Shown: piece by piece, positions 12,704 through 24,241 of the stretch
Layout: each line of letters opens with the position of its first letter
Position numbering within the stretch: the first letter of the stretch is position 1
Assembly (NCBI GenBank): GCA_022813865.1
Contig: JALDZX010000010.1
Coordinates: 248,001 to 312,000 of the forward strand
DNA length: 64,000 nucleotides
DNA from: Xylographa opegraphella
Lineage: Eukaryota
Reading direction: 5' to 3'
Notes under the pieces: model-generated
What the model saw: the letters and a program-made list of their open reading frames with translations, nothing else
What the model was told of the DNA's origin: nothing
The model's database searches: none
Program-made: the position numbers and the translations under genes

Positions 12704-12919
12704 TCCTAAGCACTACTATTACCAGATTTCCTCATCGCCACCTCCCCATACCTCGAGACCTTCGCACGCACCGTTATTACACCCGTGCATCCACATCGAA
12801 GAAGCGCACTACTTCCTCTGGCCCCGACCCGCAGAAGCCCTCGATGCACCGTTAACACCCCATCCCCTCGACTCGACTCGACTCCTCCCACAGAGCCCGC
12901 ACCGCTCATCCGCGCACCT

Positions 12920-13552
12920 ATGCCTCGACGACGCCCCCCCCGCGCCGGCGCGCTCGCGGACCTCCCCCCGCTGCAAATCATGCGGCAGATCGCACTACTA
13001 CAGGCGGGCTGGTACGCCGCCGGCGGCGCCATGATCCTCTTCACCAGCCTCGTCGCCGGGCGCACCTTCAGCGCGGAGCTGGTGCTCAGCTGGCGCAGCG
13101 TGCGCGGCGACACGACGGTCGGGTGGACGCTGGGTCTCTGCTGGCTGCTGGACAGTCTGGTCGTGTATGTCGTGCCTCCCTCTCTCCCCCCCCCCAACCC
13201 GAAGGGGGGGCTAAATTGCTGGTTGCTGATTTTCTTTCCTTTTTTTTGCACGCTTAGGGTCATCCTCCTACTCCTCCTCGTGGCGCGCTCGAAGCTCGTG
13301 CTGGATTTCGTGCTCACGCTGCATCTTCTGCATCTGCTGGTCACGTCGCTGTATGCGCGCGCGCTGCCGGCGTCGTGGCTGTGGTGGGGGCTGCAGGCGT
13401 GCAGTGTGGGGTTGATGGTGGCGTTGGGGGTGTGGGCGTGTCGGTGGAGGGAGTTGAGGCCGGTGAGCTTGGGGAGGGGGAAGGGGAGAGGGAGGGATGG
13501 GGCGGGGGAGTATGAGATGGTGGGGGCTGGGGAGGAAGGGGTGGGCGTGTAG
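12920..13552 (+). CDS. SYS1: SYS1-family Golgi integral membrane protein, 2 exons
   Basis: MPRRRPPRAGALADLPPLQIMRQIALLQ..Y, SWRSVRGDTTVGW, VARSKLVLDFVLTLHLLHL, WACRWRELRP. Intron 13165..13257. Confidence 0.88.
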   Translation: MPRRRPPRAGALADLPPLQIMRQIALLQAGWYAAGGAMILFTSLVAGRTFSAELVLSWRSVRGDTTVGWTLGLCWLLDSLVVYVVPPSLPPPNPKGGLNCWLLIFFPFFCTLRVILLLLLVARSKLVLDFVLTLHLLHLLVTSLYARALPASWLWWGLQACSVGLMVALGVWACRWRELRPVSLGRGKGRGRDGAGEYEMVGAGEEGVGV

Positions 13553-13682
13553 GGGAGGGGATGGTTTGTGTCAAAATCATAAATGGAGCCGTGGGACGAT
13601 ATTTTCTGGACGAGGAGGGTTTTGCAATACTGCAGGTGTCGATGGAGTTTGGTCAGGCTGCTACTGGATCTACGCTGGGGAC

Positions 13683-13838
13683 TTCGAGCACCGATTCCAG
13701 CACTGATTCGAACACCAACTCACGCACCAATTCGAGCACAAACTTAAGCAACAATTCGAGCACCAACTCCAGCACAAATTCGAGTACCAGTTCGAACACC
13801 GATTCGACCACCAATTTGACCACCAATTCGAGCATCAA
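13683..13838 (+). repeat. Degenerate 12-bp minisatellite, consensus TTCGAGCACCAA, 13 copies
   Basis: Units can be read directly (ttcgagcaccga, ttccagcactga, ttcgaacaccaa ... ttcgagcatcaa) with no indels. Confidence 0.9.
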
Positions 13839-13955
13839 TTAAGTAGAGAAGAATCCACCACCCGTTTGGGCACGTGCATGGTCCAATCTCACTCGACAGA
13901 AACGCCATATTACCGAGTTCATCTCGAGGTGCGAAACCCGATCATGAAATCGAGG

Positions 13956-14620
13956 CTAAAAACATCCAAACCTCGCCACAGACCGTCCACCCAGGAACCA
14001 AGGTCCAATTGGGTCCTCAAAATTCACTTCTCCGTCTGCGAACCTGAAGGTGAACGGCTTCAAGGATGGGTTTGATGTTCCGCCTCGGTCGGTCGGACCC
14101 GACTCCTCTGTATACATGTGGCAGGAGATTTGGTCCGAATGGTCATATAGTCTTGAGGTAGCTCCCGGTTCGGACTGGTATCGAGCGGCGATCAACTCTG
14201 CCTTGTGCGGCCGACGCGGAAGAGATGATACGATATCTGCGCGGGTCAGCACCGGTCACGCCGGTTCCTGCTTTGCCAATACGCACCTGGACTGATCCAC
14301 CGGCCGAGCGGGAAAATGACGATATCAGCTTCTTCGCCGCTCTTGGGCCATTGAGGGATGGAGCGGAAGGATATGCTGACGAGGACGGTCGCGATGTCGA
14401 GCTCCTGGCTGCGGTTCCGGCTCTCCGGGGTCAGGTCTCCATCTAGTAAAGGCCGCTGAGGGGAATTGCTTGGTACCGATGCGCGTGAGATGTGGCGGTG
14501 GTGGATGTGACGATGGAAACAGTGGTTGAGGGTGTGGAAATCGGCATGCTGGTACGGTCGTGCGGTGGCGAGGGAGAGGAAGGCGATGCTTAGATAGAGG
14601 AGATGTGCGAGTCGGTGCAT
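13956..14620 (-). CDS. Orphan secreted protein, about 204 aa, His-rich N-terminus, 2 exons
   Basis: Signal-peptide-like MHRLAHLLYLSIAFLSLATA-RP. Canonical intron 14286..14237 (GTGCGT..GCTGAC..CAG) joins two listed ORFs in frame (334+281 nt = 205 codons). Confidence 0.65.
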
Positions 14621-14986
14621 TTTCGGAAAGGGGGAGAATAGGATTGAGGGCGTCTTCGGACGACTACAGGCCGCTGCCGTATTATCATGCTGGGTGGAGG
14701 TGACTGTTTGCGGAGGGTGTAGGAGCTCCCCCAGGGGGTTGGAGTACAGATTAGGATCGCATTCCAGAGACCAGGTCAGGAATGTGAAGCGTTTGTGCAC
14801 GTGCTCCACGCGGTTGCTTTGTTAAACGCGCATGGCCAGAATCGCAAATCCCGCGCAGTGTTGAACATCGGTAATCTAGTCCCGAGGCTCAACACCAAAA
14901 ACCCTCCGCGTTGACGACTTGGCCGGCCACGTCGCGCTCCACGCCCCAACATTCCCCCCCTACCTTACACATCCCAGCACCAAAGC

Positions 14987-16309
14987 ATGGCCGACAGCGC
15001 GCCCTCCTACATCGACTACGACGCCTTCCTCGACCCGACCTTCTCCCCCGTCTCCTTCGCCAACACGCTCGTCCGCACGACCAACAACCCGTCGGACTCG
15101 CCCCTCGACCTCTCCACCCCGCTCTCCCGCGTCCTGTTCGACATCCAGGAAATCGACTCCCACATCCACAGCCTCGGCACCGCGGCCGCCGTCCCCCTGC
15201 TCAGCGCCACCGCCGCCCGCGCCGCCGCCTCCGACCGCATCCTCCACCATGTCGCCCACCACGTCGCCGCCCTCACGGCCACTTACCGCCGTCTCGAAGC
15301 CGAGGTCCTGCACCGCCACGCCGCCGCCGCGGACGTGCACGCCGCCGCCGCGCGCCTCGCGCAGACGGTGAAGATCGGTCGCGCCGTCGCGAGAGCTTTG
15401 CTGCTGGCTCGCCAGCTCGAGGCCCACATGGCCGATTTCCTCCCCGCCGCCGCCACTCCTTCGGCGGCACGCAAGGAGGACTACAGGGCCATGGTCCGCG
15501 CCGCCTCCTCGCTGCACTCGCTGCGCCAGCTGCTCGCAGCAGCGGGCGACGAGCCCCTCGCCCGCGTGGCCGTCATCGCCACGCTGCAGACGGAACTGCT
15601 CGCGCCGACGGAGCAGCGCCTGCTCGGGCGCGCGCAGCAAGCGGTGCGGGAGTTCTCGACCTCGTCGCTCGCGCCGGCGGCGGCGGGGTCGGCGACGTAC
15701 GCGCAGACGGAAGCGACCAAGGCGCGCACGATGGCGGCCTGCCTGGCGCTGTGCTTCCTCGCTCCGACTATCCCGTCCGCCTCCTTCCACCCAGCGCCGC
15801 TGCTTGCCGCGCTGCAGGCGTACCTCCACGCCGCGCTGACGGCGTCCGTCGCGGCCGTGGGGCGCGCCCTCGCCGCGCTGCCGACGCTGCCGCGCGCGCT
15901 GCAAGAGGTCGCGGCGCGGTGCCAGAATATCGTCGCGCTGGAGGCGCTGCTGGCGGGGATGAAGCCGCCGGCTGCGCTGCTGCCTGCTGCTGCTGTTGCG
16001 GAAAGCATTGACGCCTCCGCTCCCGCGACGTCGCTCCTGCAGCCGCTGCTCGCCACGCTCGACACGGCGTCGCTGCCGTCGTTCTTCTGGCGCAGTTTGG
16101 CGTCCGGTTTGGCGGGCAGGGTGCAGGATATTGTGGGCCGGGGCGGGCCGGCGGCGAGGGCGTTGAGGGCGCAACGGGAGGGGGTGCGGGAGAGGGTGCG
16201 GGAGTGTGTGCTGAGGGGGTGTCAGGGGGCGGAGGGGGGGGCCGCTGGGGGGTGGGAGCGGGAGGTGGGGGTTATGGTGGGGAGTGTGTTGGGGCCTTTG
16301 GGGCGGTGA
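14987..16309 (+). CDS. COG5: Conserved oligomeric Golgi complex subunit 5
   Basis: PSYIDYDAFLDPTFSPVSFANTLV.TTNNPSD.PLDLSTPLSRVLFDIQEIDSHI, LDTASLPSFFWRSLAS, WEREVGVMVGSV. Intronless and extremely GC-rich. Confidence 0.9.
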   Translation: MADSAPSYIDYDAFLDPTFSPVSFANTLVRTTNNPSDSPLDLSTPLSRVLFDIQEIDSHIHSLGTAAAVPLLSATAARAAASDRILHHVAHHVAALTATYRRLEAEVLHRHAAAADVHAAAARLAQTVKIGRAVARALLLARQLEAHMADFLPAAATPSAARKEDYRAMVRAASSLHSLRQLLAAAGDEPLARVAVIATLQTELLAPTEQRLLGRAQQAVREFSTSSLAPAAAGSATYAQTEATKARTMAACLALCFLAPTIPSASFHPAPLLAALQAYLHAALTASVAAVGRALAALPTLPRALQEVAARCQNIVALEALLAGMKPPAALLPAAAVAESIDASAPATSLLQPLLATLDTASLPSFFWRSLASGLAGRVQDIVGRGGPAARALRAQREGVRERVRECVLRGCQGAEGGAAGGWEREVGVMVGSVLGPLGR

Positions 16310-18808
16310 GGAGGGGGTGGGTTACGGGAGATAGGATAGGGTCTGGAGTACCTCTGGTCGTAGATCACGAAGCGGGAGAAACGGCGCTCGTGCTACGGAC
16401 TGCTTCTGTATCGAAGCCCATGGAGTTGTATCACAACCCTATTATATACTATGTGGCGATCGGGGTTCTGGACTACCTACAGACTACAGTACCCTACCTA
16501 GTTCATGCCCGAAAGCTGGCAGGCAGATCTGAGATAGCCGAGCTCCTTGAATGGAAACGTCCAGCCCGATCGGGTCATGCGTGTCCTTTCTCCGTCCGGA
16601 GGCGAGGGCCAGGAAGGGGAAAGCGTCCAGAACATTGGGGCGAATTAGCCTTTCCTTGGCCGAAACAAGCTTTGGCTCTTCGGGAGATGGTTGGTCGTTT
16701 CTCAGCAAAGGGAGCTTTGTGGCTGAAGAAGTCATGACGTGCCGGCTTTTCAAAGGCCGCAACTCGGGATACAGTGCCGGTCAGCTCGTTGATAGCCGTG
16801 GTATCGGCAGATAAGCGTTGGGGAAGGAATGTTTATGGGTCTGTGGTGAGGAAGGCGCAGATGGGGGGGGGGGGGTTTGTGAGTGATTCATCGGGTTTTA
16901 GTGATATATACCTTATTGACGGCCGGTCTAAGAATGCCACATGATGTGCAGCTGGCGAGGCGGCAACTGGCTGCGCTATGCACGGCGATTCATCGATTGC
17001 GCCGGGTGGGATGGAGAGGAAGTGGGGGGCATTTACCGCACGGAGGAGGACTTGAAACAAGAGACAGTGCATGGACCGATCACGTGCATCTTCTCTCTTG
17101 TGGTAGCTCGGGTTCATTGTGATCTTTGCTATTTCATACTGTGTAAGGTATGTCTATATATCATGCATCTGGATTGAAGCTGCGGACTGCAATTGGGAAG
17201 GACCGGCTACTTCTTTGACTTACACTTCCGGTCGAGTTACGACTTATCAGACGTACCTGACAGCAACCCCTTGCGGTGTATGCAAGCCTACTTCGGCCGC
17301 CCTCCAGTACTACCTAGGGTCTGTCCTCTAACTTCCATGGACTGGCCATCCCTGCCTCTGTCCCTCCCCCCAGTCATGAGCTCCACGAACTCTACCACCA
17401 GACGTCCACCGACTCCCCTTCCAACCCAACCTCCGCTCTGCGCGAAGCGGTGAAGAGATAGCGGAGACCGGGCGTGCCACTTGCACCGAGCCCCACCCAC
17501 CTCGCTGATAGGTGAGCAAGAAACAGGCACCATCGCTGATGACTCCTTGCAGGGCCGTCGGGAAAGCTGATAGGTAAGCCTGGCCGGCGGTGCCTGTGTG
17601 CTCCGTCCTTGGGGCCATGCCTGGTCCCCCGCCAATGAGCGCGCTCAGCGGCCCCTACACAGTAAACCCCCCGGGCGAAACAACGCCTACGCCCGCTAAA
17701 CGCCCCGGCGGGCCCTGGCTACCTTGCCTTGCCTTGCCTTATGGGTCCATCGGTCCTTTCGACACGGGCATGCATGAACATGTGATGATGCTGACACCAC
17801 CAAGCAAAAAAACGTGAGCCTCATCCACAAGCACGAGATGCTGGTTGTCCCGGACCGCCGGCGGGAACAAGTAAGACGCACGAGGTCGAGTGAGTCGAAG
17901 AAGGCACAGAGAACCTTGTTCTCTTGTCGCTGTACACAGCCGGCCCTTCCCGACTCAGGCTTGGGTCTCCGTGCACGGTTCGAGGGCCATCTCAGTCCTG
18001 CTCTGTTCTGATATTGCAACTTTCCAGATGGACGGACCAAGTCGAACAGCAGATCCATCGGCCTCAAATCCGCCCCCCGAGTGTTGGTGTGAGGCGCTAA
18101 GTAGACTCGCAGTCTAAGCCGCCGGATTTAGGATCTTTCGCCCATGCAACTTCGATTGCGACACACCCCGCCCGCTGCTCCCGCATTGAAACCTCGACTT
18201 GCCAAAACAACCTCGTCGCTCCTGTTCTTGCATCATCCACGCAACCACTTTCTCCCCCCCCCCCCCGCCCCCATCGTCGTCGCCGACGAACCTCCACCGC
18301 CTACTCTTGTTCTTCCCATCTATCTCTTCCTCCGACCTCATCGGCCCATCTGCCTCTCATTTGCCGTCCGACCGAGCGCAGCTGTCAAACGCTTATCTGG
18401 CATCCACCCGTTGCCCCACCCACGCGGCTGCTCGCAGCATCGACCAACCTGCAACCGTTCCTGCAACTCCGAGTATCACGTTGCGCACGTTCCGACTCGG
18501 AAAGCAATGCCCCCAAGGCCCTGAAGCTGCCAGACTTCCACACGACCTGGGGCGGAAGAGCCACTCTGCACAACGTGCGCTCGGAGTCGTGCTTCATGTC
18601 AGACGACGAATGAGCCGGAACACCCACCTTCGACCGTATCGAACGGCTTCTGCCCTTCGCTTCCATCGCTCCATAGGGGCTGTGGTTGGCTACGCTTGAT
18701 TTCCGGAATTTCGGCGCACCTTTGGCGTGTCGATTCGGTGGCAGTTTCTACGACTTGGATTTGGGTGCCGCGACGGAGTCCAGCCTTTCGACAACGGTTC
18801 GAACGAAG

Positions 18809-21125
18809 ATGACCACTTTTCAATCGGTCAACATGGGCCTAGGTCCACGAGACCTTTCCGGCGAGGTCACCACACCCACGACCCCACGAGCTTATCTGGA
18901 TACGATGAATCCTTCTTTGCCACAGCCGACCCAAGCGAGAGAAGAGTCAGCACCCACAACGCCGACACGGAACAGCTTCATCGCCGCGAGCAGCAAGAGA
19001 GCCTTGCCAACTTCGCCGTTCAGCAATACCTTCAGCTCTCCACAACAGCCCTCGGCTCAGTCGCAACCGGCGGGACTGAATCGTGAGGATTCCCAGCGGT
19101 CGGCACAGTCGGGTGGATCGCAAGATGTCGAAATGGACGACTCGGATGATGGAGAGGATGGCTCGGATGGGGAGAGCATCGACGATGATACTGGGAGACC
19201 TTCGAAGAAGAAGAAGGGTCAACGGTTCTTCTGCACCGAGTTCCCCCCATGTAACTTGAGCTTCACCCGAAGTGAACATCTGGCGAGGCACATCAGGTAT
19301 GTGTGGTCGGCAAGACTTGGAATCCGTCGCTCGAACTAAAGCGTTGAGATAGGAAACATACCGGAGAGAGGCCGTTCCAGTGTCACTGTGCTCGCCGTTT
19401 CTCCCGACTCGACAATCTCCGTCAGCACGCTCAGACGGTGCATGTGAATGAGGAAATACCGGGCGACTCGTTGGCTGCCACCGGCACTCGCTTTCAAAGA
19501 CAGATCCGGACCGACCGGGTGCGTCCGCCGGGAGCAAGGTCGAGAGCATCGACTGCAAGCGGCCAAGCATCTCATGCACGAGGTCACAGTCGTAACTTGT
19601 CTGCCTCAAGCGTCGGATCCACCACATCGACGCTCAGTCGCGATGACACCCGACGCCGTCCACCTCCCTTGATGATGGCTCATGATTCCTCGGCACGAGC
19701 AAGACTCACGCTCGACACCATGAGGCCTCAAGGTCAAGTCTCCACTCCTCCTGGATCATACACGTATGCAAACCAGTCTTCCCCGGGTCCAAGCACTCCG
19801 ACTTCGACCACATACTCCAACGGTCCTAGCAGTCCCTATGGTTCCTCGATCGGATCTCCGATTTCTAGTGTTTCGCGTCAACTTGGGATATGGGGAGGTC
19901 ACACTCCCGGACGTAGGCTTTCAGTGCCGTCCGGGGCGAATCCATTTCAGGCCCCTCACGGCCACCTGCAAGCTCCACCATATCTCAGTCCCCTCATGCC
20001 TGCGAACATGTCCAACACCTCAAGCAACAACAGTTTATTTGGCTCTCCGACCAGCTCGACATATTCATTCGCCCGGAGCGAGAACCCCACGGCTGCCGAA
20101 GCCGAATGGAGACGTCGTACCTGGCATCCAAGCACATACTCCAACTATCAGCGCCCCGCCACCAGTGGTCTGAGCTTCTACCTGACTCCCGATGCCCCTG
20201 CTCCGGCTTTCGCCAAACAAGCGGTAGCTGCGGTCGGCCAACCACAACGATTGCCTGGTATTGAGGCATTTGATCAGATGTCCCAGGTCCCCAAGACAAT
20301 CCCAAGTCAAGGTGTTACTCCAACGTCAGCAGAGCCGCCCAGTAGACCTCAGATCTTCCAAAGTTCGTCCGAGAGAAACATCCCAGGGCCCAACGACCGG
20401 AGAGGGCACATCTCCTGGGATATGTCTCTGCATCAAAATTTAACCAAACTCGATATCGCAAACGGGACGCCTCCAAAGGAGCCGGGAATGTGGGGAAAGC
20501 AGGTGATTGCGGAGATGCAAAACGCGGCCTCGGGATATAGCCAAGCCCCTCCCTCTCATCCGCCTCCTCCACCACCGGCTCAGCCATCGACTCAATCCCT
20601 CACTCAACCCACGATGCAAAACTTCACCATGTCCTCGGCACAGGAAGCGCAGAAACGACCGACGGAGTCTGATCATTACTCGCATCCTGTGACGCCGAGT
20701 AGGAGTAGGAGGATGGGGTGGTATAATGGCCCGCTACCTTCTGCTCGTCAACCCGTCATCACCCAACGTACTTCTCCGGAAGATTCCAGCAGCAGTGAAG
20801 GGGTGCCCACCCCCTCTGCTTCCAGCGTCGAATATCAGCCAACCATCATACACGCCAACGGCTACATCGAGACAAGTCGCAGCGGCGCCGGCAACTCCTC
20901 GGGCTCCGCGGTACGTGGTCTCTTACCATCTATCTACAGCTTGTGCTCGCAACAACTAACTTCTCACAGGGCCACGCTTCCATCCACAACCGCAACTCGT
21001 ACCCCGCACAGCCGGAAGCCAGTCGCTCGGTCGCCATGCACAAGACCACCGACATGAGCGGCCTCGAAGCCCTCGTGGCGGTCGCCACCAGCGAGGAGAA
21101 AGCCGTGACACCCGCCCTCCATTGA
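18809..21125 (+). CDS. nsdC: C2H2 zinc-finger transcription factor, NsdC/Usv1-Rgm1-like, 3 exons
   Basis: [63 protein letters not shown]-terminal GLEALVAVA. Introns 19297..19352 and 20911..20969. The symbol comes from recalled similarity. Confidence 0.82.
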
Positions 21126-21922
21126 TCGGGAATAACCCTTCGATTCAGATTCCTTTTGCATTACTAGCTTATCGCCCGCCCCCTCCCCCAACAACGCTGT
21201 TGGCCCGGGTTTTTTACCGCGTGGCATCGACCCGCGCGATTGGGTCAGATTGAATTGACGATGACGACTTCACGAGCTTGATGCGCTTAACGGCTGTTTT
21301 TGTGGTTCACGAACGCATACGAGATACCCCGAGGGAAAGGTGGGAGGGAACTATACTGCGCGCGCGTGTGTGTACGTGCGGCGTGTTTGGCGGGTTTTGC
21401 GTTTTGGGGGGTTTTTTTTTTTTGGTTTGCTGTCTGACTGGGCTTGCTTCGGTTGCTCTTTTTTAGGGGAGTAGGGAGGGGGGAGGGAGGGGGGCTTCTT
21501 GATACCATCGTTTGCTCTCCCGTAGGGGTTTCTGGGGCTTTGCTTTTTCCGTTTGCTGGATGTTGTTGCCCTGCCTCGAAAGGCACTGCGTGCTTGGGAG
21601 GGTGGGAGGGGGGGGGATAGCAATCGTTTTAATATCAGCAGGGTGGCGGTCATTTCTATTACCGTCGTCGAACTACAATGAATTTGATCGTGTGGCTTAT
21701 GGTGGTATTGATGCCTATTAATTAGCCCCTTCTTTTTTCGTGTCAGAGCGCATGGCCTTGTGGCTCTCTCCATGTCTCTGTCTATCTATCTGGCCCGCTC
21801 GCCCTTTCCGGTCCGATTCTTGGTGTTGGAGAACTCCCGGACTTGCCGTCCTCTCTCCCTTTCATCATCCCTCCTCGCGATTAAGACCCCCGTCCTTCCT
21901 GATTGATACCCCCTTCCCCTCT

Positions 21923-22726
21923 CTATCTCCCTCCCGCTCCACCCTCCAACCAACCCAACCACCTCCCCCCGCTCACGACAAGCCGCCGAAAGAGCGGCAC
22001 GCTTCCCAGACGAGAGAAAGACAGCCAGCGAGGCGCGCGTCCCATCGGCTCCCCCTTTGCGGACGTCCGTCTGAAGACTGTCTCGAACTCGAACTCGATC
22101 TCTGCTCGTGAGTGGAGTGCAAGGGCAAAGATGCAGGTGCGAAGCCAGGCGACGAAAGGAGAAAGGTCGGTGCGTGCGGGAGGGATTCCCATTCCCCCCT
22201 TTTCCAACGGGGAATGGGAGGGAAGGATGTGTTTGGGTGAGCGGTAGGGAAAACCAAGCGGTGGGGTTGTGCGAAACCCCGGCTTCTCGATGGGGTGAGG
22301 GACGGGGGTCTTTGGCTTGTCGGGGTGGGCGTGCGGCCAAACGGGCCGCTTTTGCGATGGTAGGCCTGCCGGAGGTCGGGTGAGGGCTGGGCTGGGCGGA
22401 GCGGAGCGGTGCGTTTGTGGATGGTGGGGCTGCGTGGTCGGGGATAAGCTGTGTTTTCTGTGTTGTTTGTATGATTGGCGGGTAGAGTTTAGGGAGCTTT
22501 CCGGCGTGCGTGTGCGGATTTCGAGCTTTTGTAGTTTGTCGATTGTGTTGAGAGGTGGTGGTATCAAACGTGGGAGGCGGGATCCGGTTACGGAGCCTGC
22601 GCCTTCGGGCAAGAAGTCGAAGCCGTGGGAGTAGGTGTCGCTGCGGCTGGCTTTCGGGCGTTGGCTGCGGAGGACAGCAGCCCCTGATCCTCGAGTGGAG
22701 TTGAGGCGACTGTGCTCGTCTGCCAT
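21923..22726 (-). CDS. Hypothetical Pro/Ser/Arg-rich protein (267 aa from MADEHS); 3' structure uncertain
   Basis: Long ORF between nsdC and COQ9 with no domain. An alternative frame (21973..22257) could supply the C-terminus. Confidence 0.4.
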   Translation of the reverse strand: MADEHSRLNSTRGSGAAVLRSQRPKASRSDTYSHGFDFLPEGAGSVTGSRLPRLIPPPLNTIDKLQKLEIRTRTPESSLNSTRQSYKQHRKHSLSPTTQPHHPQTHRSAPPSPALTRPPAGLPSQKRPVWPHAHPDKPKTPVPHPIEKPGFRTTPPLGFPYRSPKHILPSHSPLEKGGMGIPPARTDLSPFVAWLRTCIFALALHSRAEIEFEFETVFRRTSAKGEPMGRAPRWLSFSRLGSVPLFRRLVVSGGRWLGWLEGGAGGR

Positions 22727-23135
22727 GCGTATTGAACAGGGAGCACGAGGACCCGAGACAAGCCTCGTAGGGGCAATTTCGACAATTCGGGAGCGAGTAG
22801 CATGGTACCTTCGGCAGCAGGCATGAGGAGCATGTTCGTGGCCTCTAGCAACTGAAAGAGGAAGCATGGTCCGTACCTTCCAGAAATTAAAGAACGAATA
22901 TGCTGGCGGCTTCGAACAACTGAGGGGGGGAGCGTGCCAACAGGCTGAGGAAGTAGAACACGACCTCCTTGTAGCGGCCATCATGCTAGGGTGTAAGACC
23001 GAGGAGTTGGAACGAGAGAGGCAAGAGGAAAGCCAAGAGATCGATCTTGTAGCTGGATCAACAAAAGGGGAGAGCAAAGGCGGGACGAGAGTAGTATGAA
23101 GCCAGAACCGAGAATCACGATTTGATGCTCGCCTG

Positions 23136-24241
23136 CTATATTCTCACGCCTTTGCTCCTCAGCACATTGATGGTCGCAGCAGCCGTGAACCCCATCCACT
23201 GCCCCACACTCCCTACCGCTTTCCCCATGCTCTGAACCTCCCCCAGCCGCCGGTCAAGAAAGAATTCGGTTGCTCCGTGGTTCGCAGAGGTATCTGTCGT
23301 CATGAAAAGCTCGGTGCTCGAATACACGGCCGAAAGAGAGGCACGTTTGGTGTACCAGCTCGTGTCTACACTAGTATCGCCGGCGAGGAACCAAATCTCG
23401 TCGGAAAGACGGGCAAGCTCGGCGATGGAGGGAGATATGTTGGAAGGGAGTGCCATGATAGCAAGGGCCTGATAATGTGAAGTGGTTAGTATGGACAGTC
23501 ATAGAAACGCGAGGCAGAGGTGAGAGATGGGTGGAGGGAGCGGTAACGTCAGTGGTGTAGGTAATAGTGGAGGAAATGGTGACAGTATGTGAGAGTGGCT
23601 TGGTGATGTCTGAGCACAGCGGCGAGAAGTGAATAGAGCACGCGGAGCGGGGAGTGCGGACATCGGCGGTAGGATATAGCGCATGATAAGTCGATGTTAT
23701 CGAAGGACTCAGGCATGTAGAGGGTACTGGCGAACAGAGACTTGGCGCATGAAAAGACGGGAAGCACGGTGGCTCGGGGACAAAAGGTGGGAGCATTGAA
23801 CGGGTGGGCGGAAATTACCTCTGGCCATCTGTGTATGATTTCCTTGTTTGCCTTTAAGCGCTGCAATGCCAATGCCCTCACTTTGGCCCCCACGCCGATG
23901 CTAGGGTCTGGAAATTGAATTCGGTCCTTGAGTGCTAATCGCTGTGTAACCAGGTGGTAATTGATGAGATCGAAAGGGCCGCGCGGAAAGAGATTGGTCG
24001 AGACATCGAGGTAGCCAGCGTCTTCAGCGCCGTGAGTAAGAGCTAAGGTCGTGAAACCTTGGGAGGGGACGTGGTTGAGGGCGGCTGAGAGGATGGAGTC
24101 CTCGGTATCGGTGAAGGGAGGTTCGGGGTCATGTTCGTAGGAATGGTAGTAGCGGTGAAAGGGGGAGGCGATTGATGGCTTCGTCAATGTTGGGCCACGC
24201 AGTCGTGACAATCGTGGACAGCGGGTGCGAGAAGCGGCCAT
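23136..24241 (-). CDS. COQ9: Ubiquinone biosynthesis protein COQ9, mitochondrial, 2 exons
   Basis: ILSAALNHVPSQGFT, DLINYHLVTQRLAL, WPE|ALAIMALPSN, LSDEIWFLAGDTSVDTSWYTKRASLSAVYSSTELFM. Intron 23818..23469 (350 nt). Confidence 0.92.

Noticed and set aside
11947..13034. ORFs spanning the N gap with IQMQ/KYKC/NTNA repeats
   Set aside because: Artefacts of the Ns and the tandem repeat. The real gene is COA6 on the minus strand.
13683..13838. CRISPR-like array
   Set aside because: Contiguous 12-mers with no spacers, in a eukaryotic context with no cas genes.
14911..16174. Long overlapping ORFs (366 aa +, 404 aa -) over COG5
   Set aside because: Shadow frames kept open by extreme GC content.
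14987..16309. Horizontal transfer or contamination suggested by high GC
   Set aside because: The protein is a typical fungal COG5, and similar GC islands start and stop inside other native genes.
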